The notes: generated from the sequence alone by a model not told the origin. 45,094 nucleotides of DNA from Paramecium tetraurelia (GCA_000165425.1 CT868002.1:248001-293094); one strand, 5' to 3'; counted from the first letter of the stretch, positions 1 through 14,653 are shown. Made by a program: numbers and translations.

Positions 1-157
1 GCTGAAGTGACAATTAAAATTAATTAAGAATCCCTTTCAGAGATAAAATTACAATTAAATTATAAGAAAAGGAGCTAAAATTATAGGTTAGTAAAAGTAA
101 GGAATGAATGCTGAATATAACCAACAATAGCAACTTAAATAAAAGGTTTTGGACTGA
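1..157 (+). CDS. 3' end of a gene truncated by the window edge (hypothetical protein)
   Basis: Removing a putative 22-nt intron (7-28, gtgac..taag) gives the code-6 frame ..AENPFQRQNYNQIIRKGAKIIGQQKQGMNAEYNQQQQLKQKVLD, ending TGA at 155-157, convergent with the next gene. Confidence 0.4.
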
Positions 158-252
158 TATTTAATTTAATTTAGTAGTATATATTATTGTAAAATTAATA
201 TTAGTCTTTTGATAGTTGGTTATGATAATTAAAGTATTGATATATATTTAGA

Positions 253-3200
253 TCATGTCATTTTGCATAAGACATTACCCATATGATGTATATTATTGCT
301 AGTTAATTTTTGGGTTGTACTCAATAGGTTAAATAAATTATTATTATAGAATTTAATGACTGCTTAGTGTTATTTCAATTCTTTTAACTGAAGCATTTTA
401 AAGTCATTGGATCTAATCACATCATCTCTTTAGAAACTAGAGTAATGTTGATTAAATTATATAGAATTTTTGGAGACAACTTATCTTGATAAAATCTTTA
501 GGTTATTAAATGATTACCTTTTTATAAATCTGTAATTCGGCCTTGTGATTTTTTAATTCTTGTAATTTGGTTTATCTATTTTGGATTTCTAATTGTAACT
601 CTTAATTTTTCAGGACTTTATCACAGAATTCAATCCACTTTGGATTTTGATAAGGATTGTCGATTCCTAAATCTGTTAATTGGTTTAGCAGATCTTAGGT
701 GTGTGAATCACAATTCAATTATTTTAAAATGTTGTCTTCGACTTTTTCAGATTTCAAGCGAACAAACTTAATCTTGATCTCGTTTCCACTGTTGCTGACT
801 TCAGTATTAGAATGAACGGCATTAATTTACTACAAATTTAAATGTTTCTTATTTGTATCTAAAAAATAAGAATTTTCTATATTTGAAATCATACCTGGAG
901 ATGGGGGTATATTTTAGAAATAGGTTAATCTCCTCGATGCTTCTAATTAATGTTAAAGCTATTTTTTTTCTTATTAAACTTTTTTTGTTTCTATTTTGGA
1001 TTTTTATTTAATTGATTAAACTTTCTCACCCAATTCCCTAATTATAGTAATTTATTCAGTAATCAATTTATCCAAATTCTTTGAATGCTTAACTAATTAT
1101 TAGGCCCTATCTTCATTATAGTCCTGATTCTATTAACACAATTTCCAAACGATATTCATTCTTTTCATTTCCAATTACACCACCGATAGATTCTCTTATT
1201 GCTTCTTCAATTCTTCTGATAGAAATTTGTTGATCTCCAAAGTTTTCTGAGTTTCCCCATTTAATTCTTCAGGATACATATTCTATTTGATGGTGGTATA
1301 ATCTTTCAATCTATTTTTTAACACCTAACTAATGTTATCAATCAAACAATTACTTCTAATAAATAATCTAATCTAATTTCTTTTGGAATTGAACTTTCTA
1401 TAAACTTGGCAAAGAAATCTTCTTGCTCAGACTCCTCTCTGTTTTATTGTGTTCAGAATCTGCCCTTGTTTTTAAAATATTAGTGTTCCTAGTTGTATCC
1501 AAAGGACTAAACTATCTCAATCGAATACTCGAATTAATAGAAGGTAATTTGGTTGCTAAATAAAATAAATAACAATAGAAATTACAATTGTGATCCTTCA
1601 TCTATTTGGTCTACTTGGCAATCAGAGCCAACTTTATAGCTTTCTAACTAATTTGCAATTCTTCTGACATAGGTATATTATTTGTATTGTAATAGTCCAT
1701 TAATTTTGAATAGTTATTCTTTTGAGTCAATGCCAACCAAGGAAATTGAACCCATATCCACCTCTTGTAATAGTAATTCTATTGATTCCTTGTATTCGTT
1801 ATGATTTTGTCTAAGATATACTCTTATTTTGTATTAATATATTCCTACACTAGATTTTAATCGAATTGACTGATGTAATAATTAATAAAGAAATCTCGAT
1901 TGGCTTTGATATCCATATTCAAAGTTTCGATGTTACCTTGTTATTAAGGGAAATAATCTTCATTCATCTATTTAGTCTTCTTTTTTGCAATCATCTTCAA
2001 CTATTTCAACTCATTATACAAACCAATCTCATCAAACTCAATAGATTGTCCTCTTAATTCAGGATGTTTGTAAGGGGGAGTGTGATCGCTAAATATGATA
2101 TTATATGAAATACTTCTCAAAATTACTAAATTCTCTTAAGAATCTACATATTTGTAACATTATGTAAAATAGGCCTTCATTGGTTGGTTTATAAAGTGCT
2201 TAGAAATTTTCGATTGCTTTATTGTATTCCATCACTAGATCATATCCGTTTTGTTCTAGGGTTTCCCATAAATGACATAATTCAAATTTGTGATTTGGAC
2301 TACACAACATTAAGAAGTTCTCTACATTAATCAGAACTTCTTTAAGTTTGAAATATCTCTTTGTCCTAGTATATTGATAGATTAGTTCTTCCAATTTTCT
2401 AATTGAGTTTTATGAGTGTTCCATTGTAGTAATGAATTGGTGATATAATTGTTTATTAGAAGGTAAGCATTGAATTAATGCATTTTTAAAGGAGATACTG
2501 AAAATACAATAAATCTATTGTTTTTCCATTAGAAATACTCTAAAGAACTCATAAACAAAAGTAATATGTTCTTTCTCACAACTACATATTTAAACAATCT
2601 CATCCAATGAAACTCCCTTAAAAACAAAAGTAAGTACTGTTAAAATAGAAATATAATGTGTTTCTGAAAAGTATTTCAAAAATGATTTTATCAAAATGCT
2701 AAAAAAATCACCTTCACTTTTGATATCTTATAATCAAAATATAAATCTTACTTTCCATTTAAGATATAGATTCTTTTATAACATCCTGAAAATCTTCATT
2801 ATTATTAGTGAGAGTGAGTTCAAAAGACTTGCAAAAATATGCTTAGTCAGCCAGATGCGAAGGTATTTTTGCATACAATTTCTATTTGATATATATTCGT
2901 AATATACATAGAGACGATCCTGGCTAAAAAGTCTTTCTAGAAATTCATCTTTGTTTTGGTCACTATACAATGTGAGTGAAAGATATTTACATTTAAATGA
3001 TGGTTCCGCCTTAATTACAGTATTATTCATATGCTTTGGACTCAGTCTTCCCAGTTACTATTAACTTGAAAATTTGAATTAATAATTACTTTAACATTTT
3101 CAGGCAAAACTCTAGGTAACCAGTAGGATGCTCGTACTTCACCATTCTAATCACGAAATCTGTCGATTCCTTAGAATATCAAAATCAACTAATATAATAT

Positions 3201-3681
3201 AGAGACATATTATACTCTTTTATAAACGCATTTTGAATCACTAAATACTTGATTCTATATTTCTCGACTGTAAAATTCAAGCCAATATTGAAAAAACTAT
3301 TTCAATTTTTCTCCTTCGATTTCCACTTTTTAAGAGATGTTAAAAATTGTCTTCAATATGATTTTTATTATTACTTTCAATCTTGATAAAACATAAAAAA
3401 TGGCATATTAGTAATTCTAATTCTCATGTTCTACAAAATATGGTATGACTATATCTTTCTAAATGGAAGTATTATTTCAAATATTATACATTGAGACCTT
3501 TCATCCAATATGAAATCAAACATTAAATGTCATTTCCCTCCTCCTCACAAATGAATAACGCCTTATTTTGTTTCTATTTGTATAACCATTCTTCTATTTT
3601 AAACTTAAATTAATCTAGACCATCAGGTGTGGGATGTTTCAAACAACTTTCAACAATTTAATCTGATTTGCTTTCAAGCAT
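253..3681 (-). CDS. Large multi-exon protein with degenerate NACHT-like (NPHP3/NWD/TEP1-type) N-terminal region and coiled-coil C-terminus
   Basis: ATG at 3681 (MLESKSDQIVESCLKHP..). After removing short introns it reads LILIFQGIDRF..YWLPRVLPENVKLIVTG, resembling the Walker-B/'WLP..LP.NV.LIV' segment of that family, and ..EELIYQY..FELCHLWETLE. No clear Walker A seen. Probable TGA at 253-255; some internal splice sites not resolved. Confidence 0.55.
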
Positions 3682-3819
3682 TATAAATATTTAATAATTA
3701 TATATATGTATATAATAAACTTAATTTGACCAAAACTTCCTCTCATGTCTAACACAATCATTTACATATTTTATATAATAATATTAATTCATTCTTTTCA
3801 TTCATTTATGATATCTATA

Positions 3820-4560
3820 ATGGTAAACCTTTTCTACTATTCATACTTAGGATTCACAATAACTATCCTGGAAAATATCAAGAATCTTAAACAAGAACTA
3901 TTCATCTTATAAGCCATTAGAACCAAAAGCATAAGTAATTTATTCTCTCTACTCTTCTAATAAGGTGTTAATTTAAAATAATTTGGAGCATTTACAATAG
4001 AAGTTATATCAGATTATGTTAAACCATTATAACATTCATGTTTTAAAATAATAGAAGATCTAGAAATCCAAAGGGTTGATCGTAAACATGTCCACTCAAT
4101 CAGGTATTTGAAATTTATTATGAAGACGATGTTTCATTCCAGATAATTAGTTCAAATACTTCTTATAGAGATATCCTGAAAGGAAGAGGTATTTAAACTT
4201 TCGAGTCGACATTCAATTTATTAAAAAGGATTTGGAATGAACTTTTGTAATTTTGATTGCTGCTTCGTTGGAACTCTCGATCAGTTCATTTTATAGTTAT
4301 TTAGGTAAAGAAGCTTTAATCTATTCATTACTCTTTAATTAAAGCTATTTAAGATCTAACTAGATTTGGACATGATTTTTATATTGATTTTGGATTTATT
4401 AAATTAAGTGTTTTAAAGAAAGCTCTAAAATACAAAGATAAATAATCATTTATTAATAGATTGAATAAGACTGATTACGAATTAAAAGTAATAACTCACT
4501 TATAGTTAAAATTAAAAAGTAAAATTACTAGCATTAAGCAAACGAATTAAAATTATAAAT
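3820..4560 (+). pseudogene. Frameshifted CCDC81-like (HU-like domain) gene remnant
   Basis: Segments GVNLKQFGAFTIEV..RKHVHSIRRCFIPDNQFKYFLQRYP, KEEVFKLSSRHSIYQKGFGMNFCN and SIHYSLIKAIQDLTRFGHDFYIDFGFIKLSV lie in different frames with no intron to join them (break near 4178, TGA near 4238). Family call is from remembered similarity only. Confidence 0.45.
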
Positions 4561-4569
4561 CAAAATATT

Positions 4570-6830
4570 TCATATTTAAATATTGTTCTCTATGCAAGCC
4601 ATATATAAATGATGTGAAAACTATTAAAGCTCCTATTTTTATTTTGATACTATTATATAAATGCTAAATGTACTTTAATCCAAATTCTTCATGTACTTAT
4701 TCAGCTCTTTTTCATAAATCTAATTCCTCTATTCCTATCTGAATAAGTTTCTTTTAAGTTCATCTTTGGTGGGACTCTGATATAGTCTCTGTCTCTCTCT
4801 CTTCTTGATTAAAGATTCTTGTTTATTTGATTTCTCAGAATTCATTTTCCATGCACTAAATAAATTAATACAAATTTTACTTTTCTTTTTTATCATCATT
4901 TTGAATTTCACTTAACCTTTCTTATAAATCAAATATCGATTTGTGAAGTACAAAATTGGCTCTCTCTAATTCAGTATATTCTTATTCTTTCTTGTCAAGG
5001 AAGTTACGGAGAATCATATTCTATTTAGTTTATTCAATTAACTAAGTTTAAAGAGTAGCTATTTACTTATCAATAATATATACTTAAGAGATTCAGTGAT
5101 TCTAAGTATTAATTAGTTTTTTAAAGACTTTTTTATAACCATGTTTTGGCTTCTTTTTAGTTTTCATTTTATCCATTCAAATCTTTATTTGATTAAAATT
5201 TTAAGTTCTTTGCAGGTGTAAACTCCTTATTTTTCTTAATTCCTGAAACCATATCTTTAACATCTTAAATCTCGTATGAGAATTTATTCTTCATCTCGCT
5301 AATTTATTATTTGAGTGAAACATTTTCCTATTCCAATACTTTAATTTATTAATCAGCTTCACAACTATCAGTTTAAGTTATACATTCAACCATAAGTTTA
5401 GGATTCAAGACTCCTTTAGTTTCAACTATATTTCTAAAATAGTTAAGGTAATTTGAATTTTCATTTGATGTAGAAATTAGTTCTTAATTACATCTTTATA
5501 ACTAATTAATTTAATCTTATAGACGCTACTTTTCAATATTTTATTCGGTAATTGTTTTCAATTAATCTTCAATCAGAATATTTTTTTCCATAACCAATTC
5601 TTTTATTTATTTGATAGTATTTTACTCATCCACACTCTTGTTTTTATAAATGTCTAATTATTACTACATTTCTTGTAACTATGTTTGATAATTTTCCACT
5701 TATTCAATCATCTCATTATAGGCTTCACTCTAAAACGTATTACATTCTTAAATTTCATTGGCATTTACAGTATTTTTCAATGCACCAGCAGACATTCCAA
5801 ATCTCATTGTGTTTACAGATTCTAAATAATTTTCATTATTCTGACTAATAGTTAATAGCATAACAGTCAATGAATTACCATTCAAACTAGGTTTGAGTAT
5901 TTTAGTTAATTTTGAGTCTCTAAAATTGACGAATTAATCCTTTTTATTTTCCTTGAGTTTCGAAACAACATTTTGAAGTGCCAATAAACTTTTATTAATG
6001 AGAAATCCTTCTTTTCTTCTCAATCCTTCAGCTTAAGTCTTTAATAACCCTTCAGAACCAGCCAAATCAACTAAGTGGAGATAAGAGTTGCGAATGATAA
6101 ATGGAGGACACTTCTATCTTGTCTCAATGGCAATCTACAAGATGACATGAGATCTTGAAGAATTGTCATTCATTTTAGTTTCTCCAAAATGTCTTTATTC
6201 TTCCCCCAATTTACTAAAATAAATGAGCTAAATTAATACAAAATTTCATCGAATTAAATTAATGAATTGATGGTTTCCCATCTGTATTCATTAGATGTGT
6301 TAGGTTTCATTTCTTAAAGATCTCTAATCAAGAGATCATAAATATTTTCATTGTAAATCTCTATATATGAAATCTTTAAGTTGCTGAAGGTATCTGTAAT
6401 CTATGATCACATAGAATTTAAACTTTATTAATGGATTGAAGCAGATAATCAATTGATAACTAAATCAGTCCTGGTTCCTTATTGCTCCCCTTCATTGTGT
6501 ATGTTTTTCCAGAACTTGTTTACCCATATGCGCAAATGGAGCCATTATATCCTAATAGACATTTCTGTACAATTGGTTAGACCATTTTAGTGAAGATATC
6601 TTTTGAGGATGCAGCTTCATCGAATACCTATTCTCAGTTGAATAGATTACATTATCAAAAGAAAAGCGCTCATTAGATTTTTTAACAATGACTGATTTCT
6701 CGTTGACAATATTGCATATTTTATCATTGGAATCTGTGGGTCTTAATCTCAAACCAACTAATACATTTTCAACATGTGGTTCATTATACTTAGACTTGGT
6801 TTATTATTCTACACCTTTGATGTTGCTCAT
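4570..6830 (-). CDS. Kinesin motor protein, CENP-E/kinesin-7-like, N-terminal motor plus coiled-coil stalk
   Basis: Motifs FSFDNVFD, GYNGSICAYGQTSSGKTYTM (P-loop), SYIEIYNENIYDLL, HFGETKMNDNSSRSH (switch I), LVDLAGSE (switch II), INKSLLAL, FRDSKLTKILKPSLNGNS. ATG 6830, TGA 4570-4572, several 23-27 nt introns. Confidence 0.92.
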
Positions 6831-6902
6831 TTTAAATTTAAATTATATAAACACACATATATTTCACAATAATTTACTTTACCATTAATTAAAAATATAA
6901 AA
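6831..6902. promoter_or_regulatory. 72-bp divergent (bidirectional) promoter region between kinesin and DEAD-box helicase
   Basis: Head-to-head ATGs at 6830(-) and 6903(+) separated by an AT-rich spacer; function inferred from geometry. Confidence 0.55.
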
Positions 6903-8609
6903 ATGAGCAGTTCAGAAATACAATCAGATTCTGAAGATCTAATCTAAGGACAAAAAGATTTTGATTTCTATGCTGATCTCTTGAATCCTGCTGAAAAGCT
7001 TAAAAAAAGAATTCAATAATCAACATAGAATCAAATTAATAAATTGGTCAAATCATAAAAATTAAATGAAAAGACTTAGAAGAAATCTAAACAATTGGTT
7101 TAAAAGGTTAAAAATGAAGAAGTCTAAGAGAATGTTAAACCTTAATATGATCCCAAAATATTTGCTACTAACACTGACTTCCAATAATTGAAACTAAACA
7201 AATCATTGGTTAAAGCTTGTCATGAATAGGGATACAAATATCCTACTAAGATCTAAGCCTAAATCGTTCCATTGGTACTAGCTGGAAAGGATGTTCTAGC
7301 AAGTTCATGTACAGGCTCAGGGAAAACTGCAGCATTTTTGTTGCCCTTAATGCAAAGATTCGGAAACACTAAAAGCTAAAAATACTCAAAAGCCTTGATT
7401 GTGATGCCCACAAGAGAATTAGCATTATAATGTTTCGAGATGTTTTAGAAATTGAATCAATTTTCACATTGTACTGCTGCCCTTGTAATTGGAGCTGTTC
7501 CCATCCAATAACAAGAAGCAGAATTAAGAAGATACCCTGATATCATTATTGCTACTCCAGGGAGGATAGTTGATATAATGAAAAATTCATTTAGTATTGA
7601 TTTATCAAGGTAATGCTTATTGACCATATCATAGTATCGAAGTACTTGTCTTAGATGAGGCTGATAGATTGATGGAAATGGGATTTGAAGCAGAAATTAA
7701 AGAAATCCTATAATAAACACCCAGAGATAGATAAACAGTATTAGTAAGTGCAACACTCAAAGCTACAGTAAAATAACTTTCATTATTGGCTCTCCATAAA
7801 CCAGTTAAGGTTAGTGTTGATTATGTTGATGGTTTAGCCTATGGTCTGAAGTAATATATACTTAGGATAGATTCTGATGAAGAAAAGGATAGAGAAGCTA
7901 CGTAAATTAATATATTTATAAATTAGACTTATTGCCTTGTTACAATAGAAATTCATCGAAAAAACTATTATTTTTGTTAGAACTAAACATGATTGTCATA
8001 GATTGCAAATCCTTTTAGGTCTCAAAAATTTAAGCAGTTGTGAGTTGCATGGAAATTTAACTCAGCAATAAAGAATCCAAGCATATGAAGATTTCAAAGT
8101 ATCTTACTTTTTATATTATATTTAAGGAAGGAAAGTTCTAGTATTTATTGGCTACTGATCTTGCTGCCAGAGGATTGGATATTGCTAATGTTAAGGCTGT
8201 CATCAATTTTGAAATTCCTTATGAGACTTCTAGATATATTCATAGGGTTGGTAGAACTGCTAGAATTGGAAATCAAGGTGTTTCAGTGACAATCTGTTTG
8301 AAAAAAGAAGTCTCTTAATTTAAGTAAATGATTAAGGAGTCTAAATAAAAATTATTTAAATTGAATTTCAACATCGAATCTATAGAAGAAATTAAATCTG
8401 ACCTTAAATCATTAGAACCAAAAATTAAAAAGATTATAAAAGGTGAAGTATTTGAAAAAGAAATCCATTAAACTGAAATTCTAGCATAAAGGGCATAAAA
8501 TTTGATACAACACAGAGTTGAAATCATGAGGAAACCTAAAAAAGAATGGATTTAATCAGCCTAGTAAAAGAAACTAAGAAATCAAATTTAACAGGAGGAA
8601 GATGATTGA
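6903..8609 (+). CDS. DDX27: DEAD-box RNA helicase, DRS1/DDX27-like (60S biogenesis)
   Basis: Q motif [95 protein letters not shown]-terminal '[19 protein letters not shown]' typical of DRS1. Three short introns; TGA 8607-8609. Confidence 0.88.
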
Positions 8610-8674
8610 ATTTGTTGTTTATATTTCGATAAGATTAATATATATATTTAACTATAAAGTTTTAGTTATTTATT

Positions 8675-11600
8675 TCAATGATTTTGTGAATCACTACTGA
8701 GATAACTTACATTTAAATTTTCTTTTAATTATTCATTAAGTCTGCAATTCTCTTGTATTAATGCTGAATTACTTTTTGTCAATCGATCAATCTATTCTTC
8801 AAATGATTTAACTAAATTTAATTGGAAATGTACTTATTTTTTAATGATCGAGTATTTCAGTTCTGTTCTACTCCAATTCGTTTTACAATTATTATATTAA
8901 ATCATCCTTACTTTATGTAACTAAACCACCTTAGCCTTTCAATTAATCCTATAATATTTATATTTATTCTTCTAGCCTTTTGTTTTTCCTATTATTCTAA
9001 TTAACTTGACTATCTTTTATTGATAATTATTAGGACTTTCTTAATATCTCATTTTCAAGAGTTTCAACCTTACTCTAACATTCAGATAACTTTTATTCTT
9101 ATTATTGATTTTATTTTTCGAGCATAAGAATTGCATCTTATAATTGTTATGTTTACTTAAGAAATTCTTCCTCTTTTTATGCTACAGTTGAGTCTGAGCT
9201 TTCAATTATCAACAATTGTAAATTCTTTATTTTCTCATCCTTCTTTTAAATCTCTTAATTTAATACTTAATTTAATTCTTCTAGTATTTCGAGCTTTTAT
9301 TAAAAATCTACAACTTTGGTTATTTATAATCTGATTTCATCATTTAATCTTTAGTTTGATTATTCTAACCCTTATTTTGCCATTAATTCTTCTTCCAGCC
9401 TGTCAATTTATTATTATTATTCATTTCTATTAGATTCATTATAGCAAGGCAAACTATGTGATTTTTGATCTTCTTAGCCTATTATTTCGAATTAACGATT
9501 AATTTCAGAATTTTAACATGGATTATAAATGGGTATCATCTATATTTACTATTCATATTCTTATTTCTATTGTATTATAACCTATTTTAATTATTCAATT
9601 TCTTATTTTAAAATTTTATTCTCTTAAACGCTTTCTTATAAAGTTTATTCAAATTGTTGATATTAAGATTATCTTTTTCTATCGCTTTCATAAATATCAT
9701 GTGATTAATATTAATGTTATAAAATTAATTCGCTATCTAGGTTGTATTTGGAATTGAAACTTTTATTTATTAGATATGTTTCTGAGCTTCTATCTAGAGA
9801 AAATGATTTGTCTTATTGTTCTTTTAAATCATCATATAATTTATTAATTTATTGTAATAATCCATCATTTTATTGAGTCAAAATTTTGATTTATTCCTAC
9901 TATTTCTCTACCAATTGATTTTTTTAATTTATTGTCTATTCTTACTAAGCTATCTTTTCATTTAATCCCTAATCGAAAGGCTTGCATAATGAATTATTTT
10001 TTGACCTAACAGGGGATTTCTCTCTACTTATGCTTAAAATTTATTATTCCATCTACGCAAGTTATTCTTATAAACTCTCAAATTATTGATTTAGTTGATT
10101 TAATTATTACTTCAAATTAGGAATAATGTCATTTTCATCTTTATTAATTTACTCATTCAATTAATCTATTTAATTATTTAAATCATTAATTTGATTATCC
10201 TTCTTTAAGATTTCACCTTCTAGACTCTTAACTTAAACAATTTATTATTATATTTCGTTTTCTTTATTAGAAACCTAAAGTGTTAATTCTCCAAACTTCT
10301 TTTTGTAATTTGAATCTTTTTATTATTCCTTATCAAGTTCTTTACTCAAATACTAGAGTTCTTGTTCAAGTGACTTTATTTATTGATCTTTTTATTTTAA
10401 TAATATTTGCATTTCTTTTTGCTATTGTTCACTAGAATGTAATTTAATCTCGAATTCATCTTTATCATTCGATAACATCTCAAAATTACTTTATAAATTA
10501 TCTATTAATTTTCTGTTATTGTTCGCATTAAATATTTTAATTTTTACTTTTCCTTCTCCATTTATTAAAGTTGTTTTTATGAGTCATTCAGTTCTTTATC
10601 TTTTGTAAGTTACTATATATTCGATACCTCATGGATTTTATTATTTAATTGCTAATTTTCTCTTTATAATTTTTCACATTCCAACTATGATTACATTTTC
10701 AATTTCGTAATTGCTTTATTACTTTGAATTTACTCATCCAAATCTGATTACAAATCCTAAATTTATATTTGTTACTTTTAAATAATATCAGATAACTCTG
10801 AATTTTCTTAAGTTAATTCTTCCTTAATCTCTTTTAGTTGTACTAATTCATTCTCTAATACTTATTATTTTTCAAATTGTTTCTATGCTTAATCTTTTCT
10901 AGTTTTTTCAAGTTATTATTAACTTTAAATAAACTCGCGCTTATAAAATTCACAATCCTCCATTGTTATATTTAATTTACCTTTGATCACTTATATTTCT
11001 TTCTGATAATGCATTATTTCATCTTCCAATTATAGCAATTTAACACTTTCTTATTATCTAATAATTTTTTAGTGTTAATATAATTGTGACTGCTATGTCT
11101 GCTCAAGAGTTTATATTTGAATTCTTAGTGATTATATCTCGCTTTATAATTCTTGGTTTTCACTCTCTCTGGCATCAAAATGGGATTTAGAAAATGATTG
11201 AGAAAGACTAGCCATCTTTAATTCTTACAATTCAAAATTCAAATTATTTAATTGTAATGCAAGTGATTTATTTTATTGTATTAATTGCTCTACTTAATTT
11301 GATTTCATTAACAAATCATCTTCTTGCTACTTATTTATTTATTCCTTCTTTCTTATTTCTTCTGATATTCTGTTTATTTATATATCCTTCTCTTTTAGCT
11401 ATTCAATTAATTTATTAATCTGTGCTTCAAGTCGAGATTTGATTGAATTGTGCACTTCATTAATATTTTTATTTTCTAATCCTAGTTTACTAATCACCTA
11501 TTATAATTCTTCCATTGTATTTTGACTATTTGTTTAGATAATCTTTAACTAATGTGTTTTATCTGCTAATTGATTTTTCAGTTATGCAATTTCACTATCT

Positions 11601-14600
11601 TAACTTTGGTATTATTTCTTTTCATTTAAATTGATTACTACGGACTCTGAATACTATTTTGATGATGCTATTTCTCTTGAGAGTTTATTATTTTCAAATT
11701 AAAGATCAGATAATTATGTCTATGACCTCCTAACTTCAGTATCATACTATAATTATAATCTTTAAATCTATTAATTTAATTATCTATTTTCACTTTCCAA
11801 TCTCAATATTTCTTATTATTTCTAAGAATAATCATCAGATTTGTTATCATTAACAACAATTCTATATCTACTTTCATTTATTGATATATTTTATAATTGT
11901 TAATTTAGCTTATCAATTTCACTTTGTAAAGTTATTATTTATCTTGAATGTGATTCTTTAATTGATATCAATTATTAACTTAATAGATCCTTCTCATTTT
12001 ATAAAGATTTAACTTACTCTTAGAATTTAAATTAATCATTAACCTTCTATTACTCTTATCTGATTTCCAATTTTAATTATTGATTTTCATTAAGCAATAA
12101 TTCCTTCTGATTTTCTAATAATTTGTACTCTTTTGCCTCATAGACTTTTGAACCTAAAACACTGTCATTGATTGAAAAGTTACTTTGATTCAAATCTTTT
12201 AAAGCATTTTGTTGTGATTGTAATCTGACCACTTCCTCAGTTAAATTTTTATTTTATGTTTGTAATTGTTGAATTTAAATACTGAACTGTCTTTCAGCAC
12301 TTTAAGGGAACAATTTAAGTGTTCTATTTTCTTCTTGTAATTACATTTGTTTTTATTTTAATTCAAATATAGAGTTTTCCAATTATTTAATTTTTCCATT
12401 TAAGTATTCCTTATCTTACATTAAGGTAGAATAATCATCTCTTAATTTAATATTGTCTCTCATTAAATTATCTTTGGTATTTTAAAAATCATCAATTTGA
12501 TTTTGAAGTAGTTTAACTTCATTACTTTCTAAATTATTGTATTCCATATCTCTTATTTAACTTTTATATTTAGCCACTTCTAATTCTAATGTTTTTATTT
12601 TGTCCAATTATTGGGAATCCCTTTACAATTGAAAATCAAGCTTAGATTATAGTTCTTCATTCTTTCTTTTTAGTACAATCAATTATTACTCTAATTCTTT
12701 GTATTGGTCACTATTAAATATCTTAGAATTCAACATATTATCAGAAAAGGATCGAGAGGTATTGATATCAGCTAAATTTTTAATTTATTCAGTCAAATGT
12801 GTATTCTCTTCAACTAATCTCTTATTTTATTTTATTAATTATTCAAACTATTTTTTAAATTGATTAGCTTCTTATAAATCAGTTGTCAATTTTTCTATTT
12901 TCTTTTTCATTTTCTAAATCTCTAAATTATGTATTTATTGCATTCGTTCAATCTGTTGTTCCAATTGATTATTAACAACATTTTCTTATATTTATGAATC
13001 TTTCATTGAACCTTATAAAACAGATGAATAATCAAATTTCTCTCTTAATTATCTGATCTCTTCAAATAATTTCAAGTTTTCCTCCAAATAACGTTTATTA
13101 GCTTCAGTTAACTTCTGTATTTATAAGTCTCTATCTGATTATTATTTTTATGGTTTTTGTTGTTTCTTCTTTGACAATTCTTCTTCTAAAATAGATATTT
13201 TTTTTTATAAATACTGATTCTCTTACTCTAATTATTCAATCTTAGTTTTCATAACAGGATCCTCCATCATAGACATAGACATACTGATTCTGCTCATGTT
13301 TTTCATCATTTCTAATTCCAATTATAATTCTTTAATCTTATTTGTTGATGTTGCTATTTCTTACATCAATTTCTAATTCACTTATAATAACCTCTCCTTC
13401 TCTCCATCAATATTTTAACTAGTTCTTGAAGATGACCCAAACTTCTAATATTTATTTAATTCTTCTTGTAGTCTTAATTTCTCATTATTGCATTCTTATA
13501 ATTTCTCTTAATATTGTTTTTCTTTGAATTCATCCAAAAATTAAGATTGAGATAACGATTTATCACATTTCTCATTCAAAGCCATAGTCAGTCTACCGTT
13601 TTAATTCATCAAATCAGTTTCTCTCTATTTCAATGAGTATACTTCGTTTTTTAATGATTGAATTAATCGATCCATACTGTCTAATTAGTCTTTTGATGCT
13701 ACATTAGATCTACCATTCATTTCTATCAATCAATAATATGAATTCAATACCTAATTCTTTGTTGTCTTTCATTAATTTATCGATCTATTACTGTAATTTC
13801 TGTTTCTCATTCTAAAGTTGAGTAACTTCCTATTTAAGTTGGTTCATCTGAATTTAATTATTTGATCTTATGTCCTAACTAGTTGCCATCATAATATTCG
13901 ATTAAATTGGCTCAAATTTCTTGATTGGCATAGCTGATTTCTCATTTATTAATTACAATATTTATGCATTCAACAATTATTAAAAATTAACTTGTTTCTA
14001 ATTCAATTTCCCAATGTTATAAGCTATAAATTTCAAATGCACTCTTCTTAGAGATTACATTGAAATAAAGAACGCGCAAAACGCATCTAGTATTTACATG
14101 CAAATTACCTTTGTCATCTTTACTTCTGAATTTCATTATTTGATTGTTGAACTAAACTTATAGTTAATTCTAATTTGACAGAATACATTAATCTGCATAT
14201 TAAATTTTTTATTAGGTCGTACTATTTTCTAAGTATTCTAAGCAAAATACCCAATTCTAATCATTGCAAATGATCTATTATCTAACATACTCTACTTAAT
14301 AGTTACTTCATATTGTTATGATATAATTGTGAGAGTTTATTCTCTAATGAGGTCGATATTTGAATTTTTTAGAATTCTATTGTAGCCTATCCCTCATAGC
14401 CCTATTCGAATGGTTGTACGATTGCCTCAATCTTATAGCCAATATCGAATATGCTACAAGGATAAATATTGCCCTAAGTCTCTATTTTAATGCGTTCATT
14501 ATCTAATTTCTTAAACCATTAAAATTTGCATCCTAATGGGATTTGGTTAATTTTTGATGAGAATGCATTAATTGTAATGTTAGTTGTTTCATTCAATTAT

Positions 14601-14653
14601 GATGCTTAGATTTCTAGATGATAGTTAAAGTTCCCCTTAATTTAATAATTCAT
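8675..14653 (-). CDS. Giant (~1950 aa) coiled-coil protein with N-terminal Ig-like (AIR9/SCAB-like) domain
   Basis: ATG 14653; N-terminus ..CKFQWFK..IYPCSIFDIGYKIEAIVQP resembles A9/SCAB Ig-like modules (inference). It is followed by about 5 kb of Q/E/K/L heptad-rich sequence in code 6; TGA 8675-8677. One frame discontinuity near 10513-10547. Confidence 0.72.

Noticed and set aside
8675..14000. Long stop-rich AT tract that looks non-coding or repetitive
   Set aside because: It reads as Gln-rich coiled-coil coding sequence on the minus strand in code 6.
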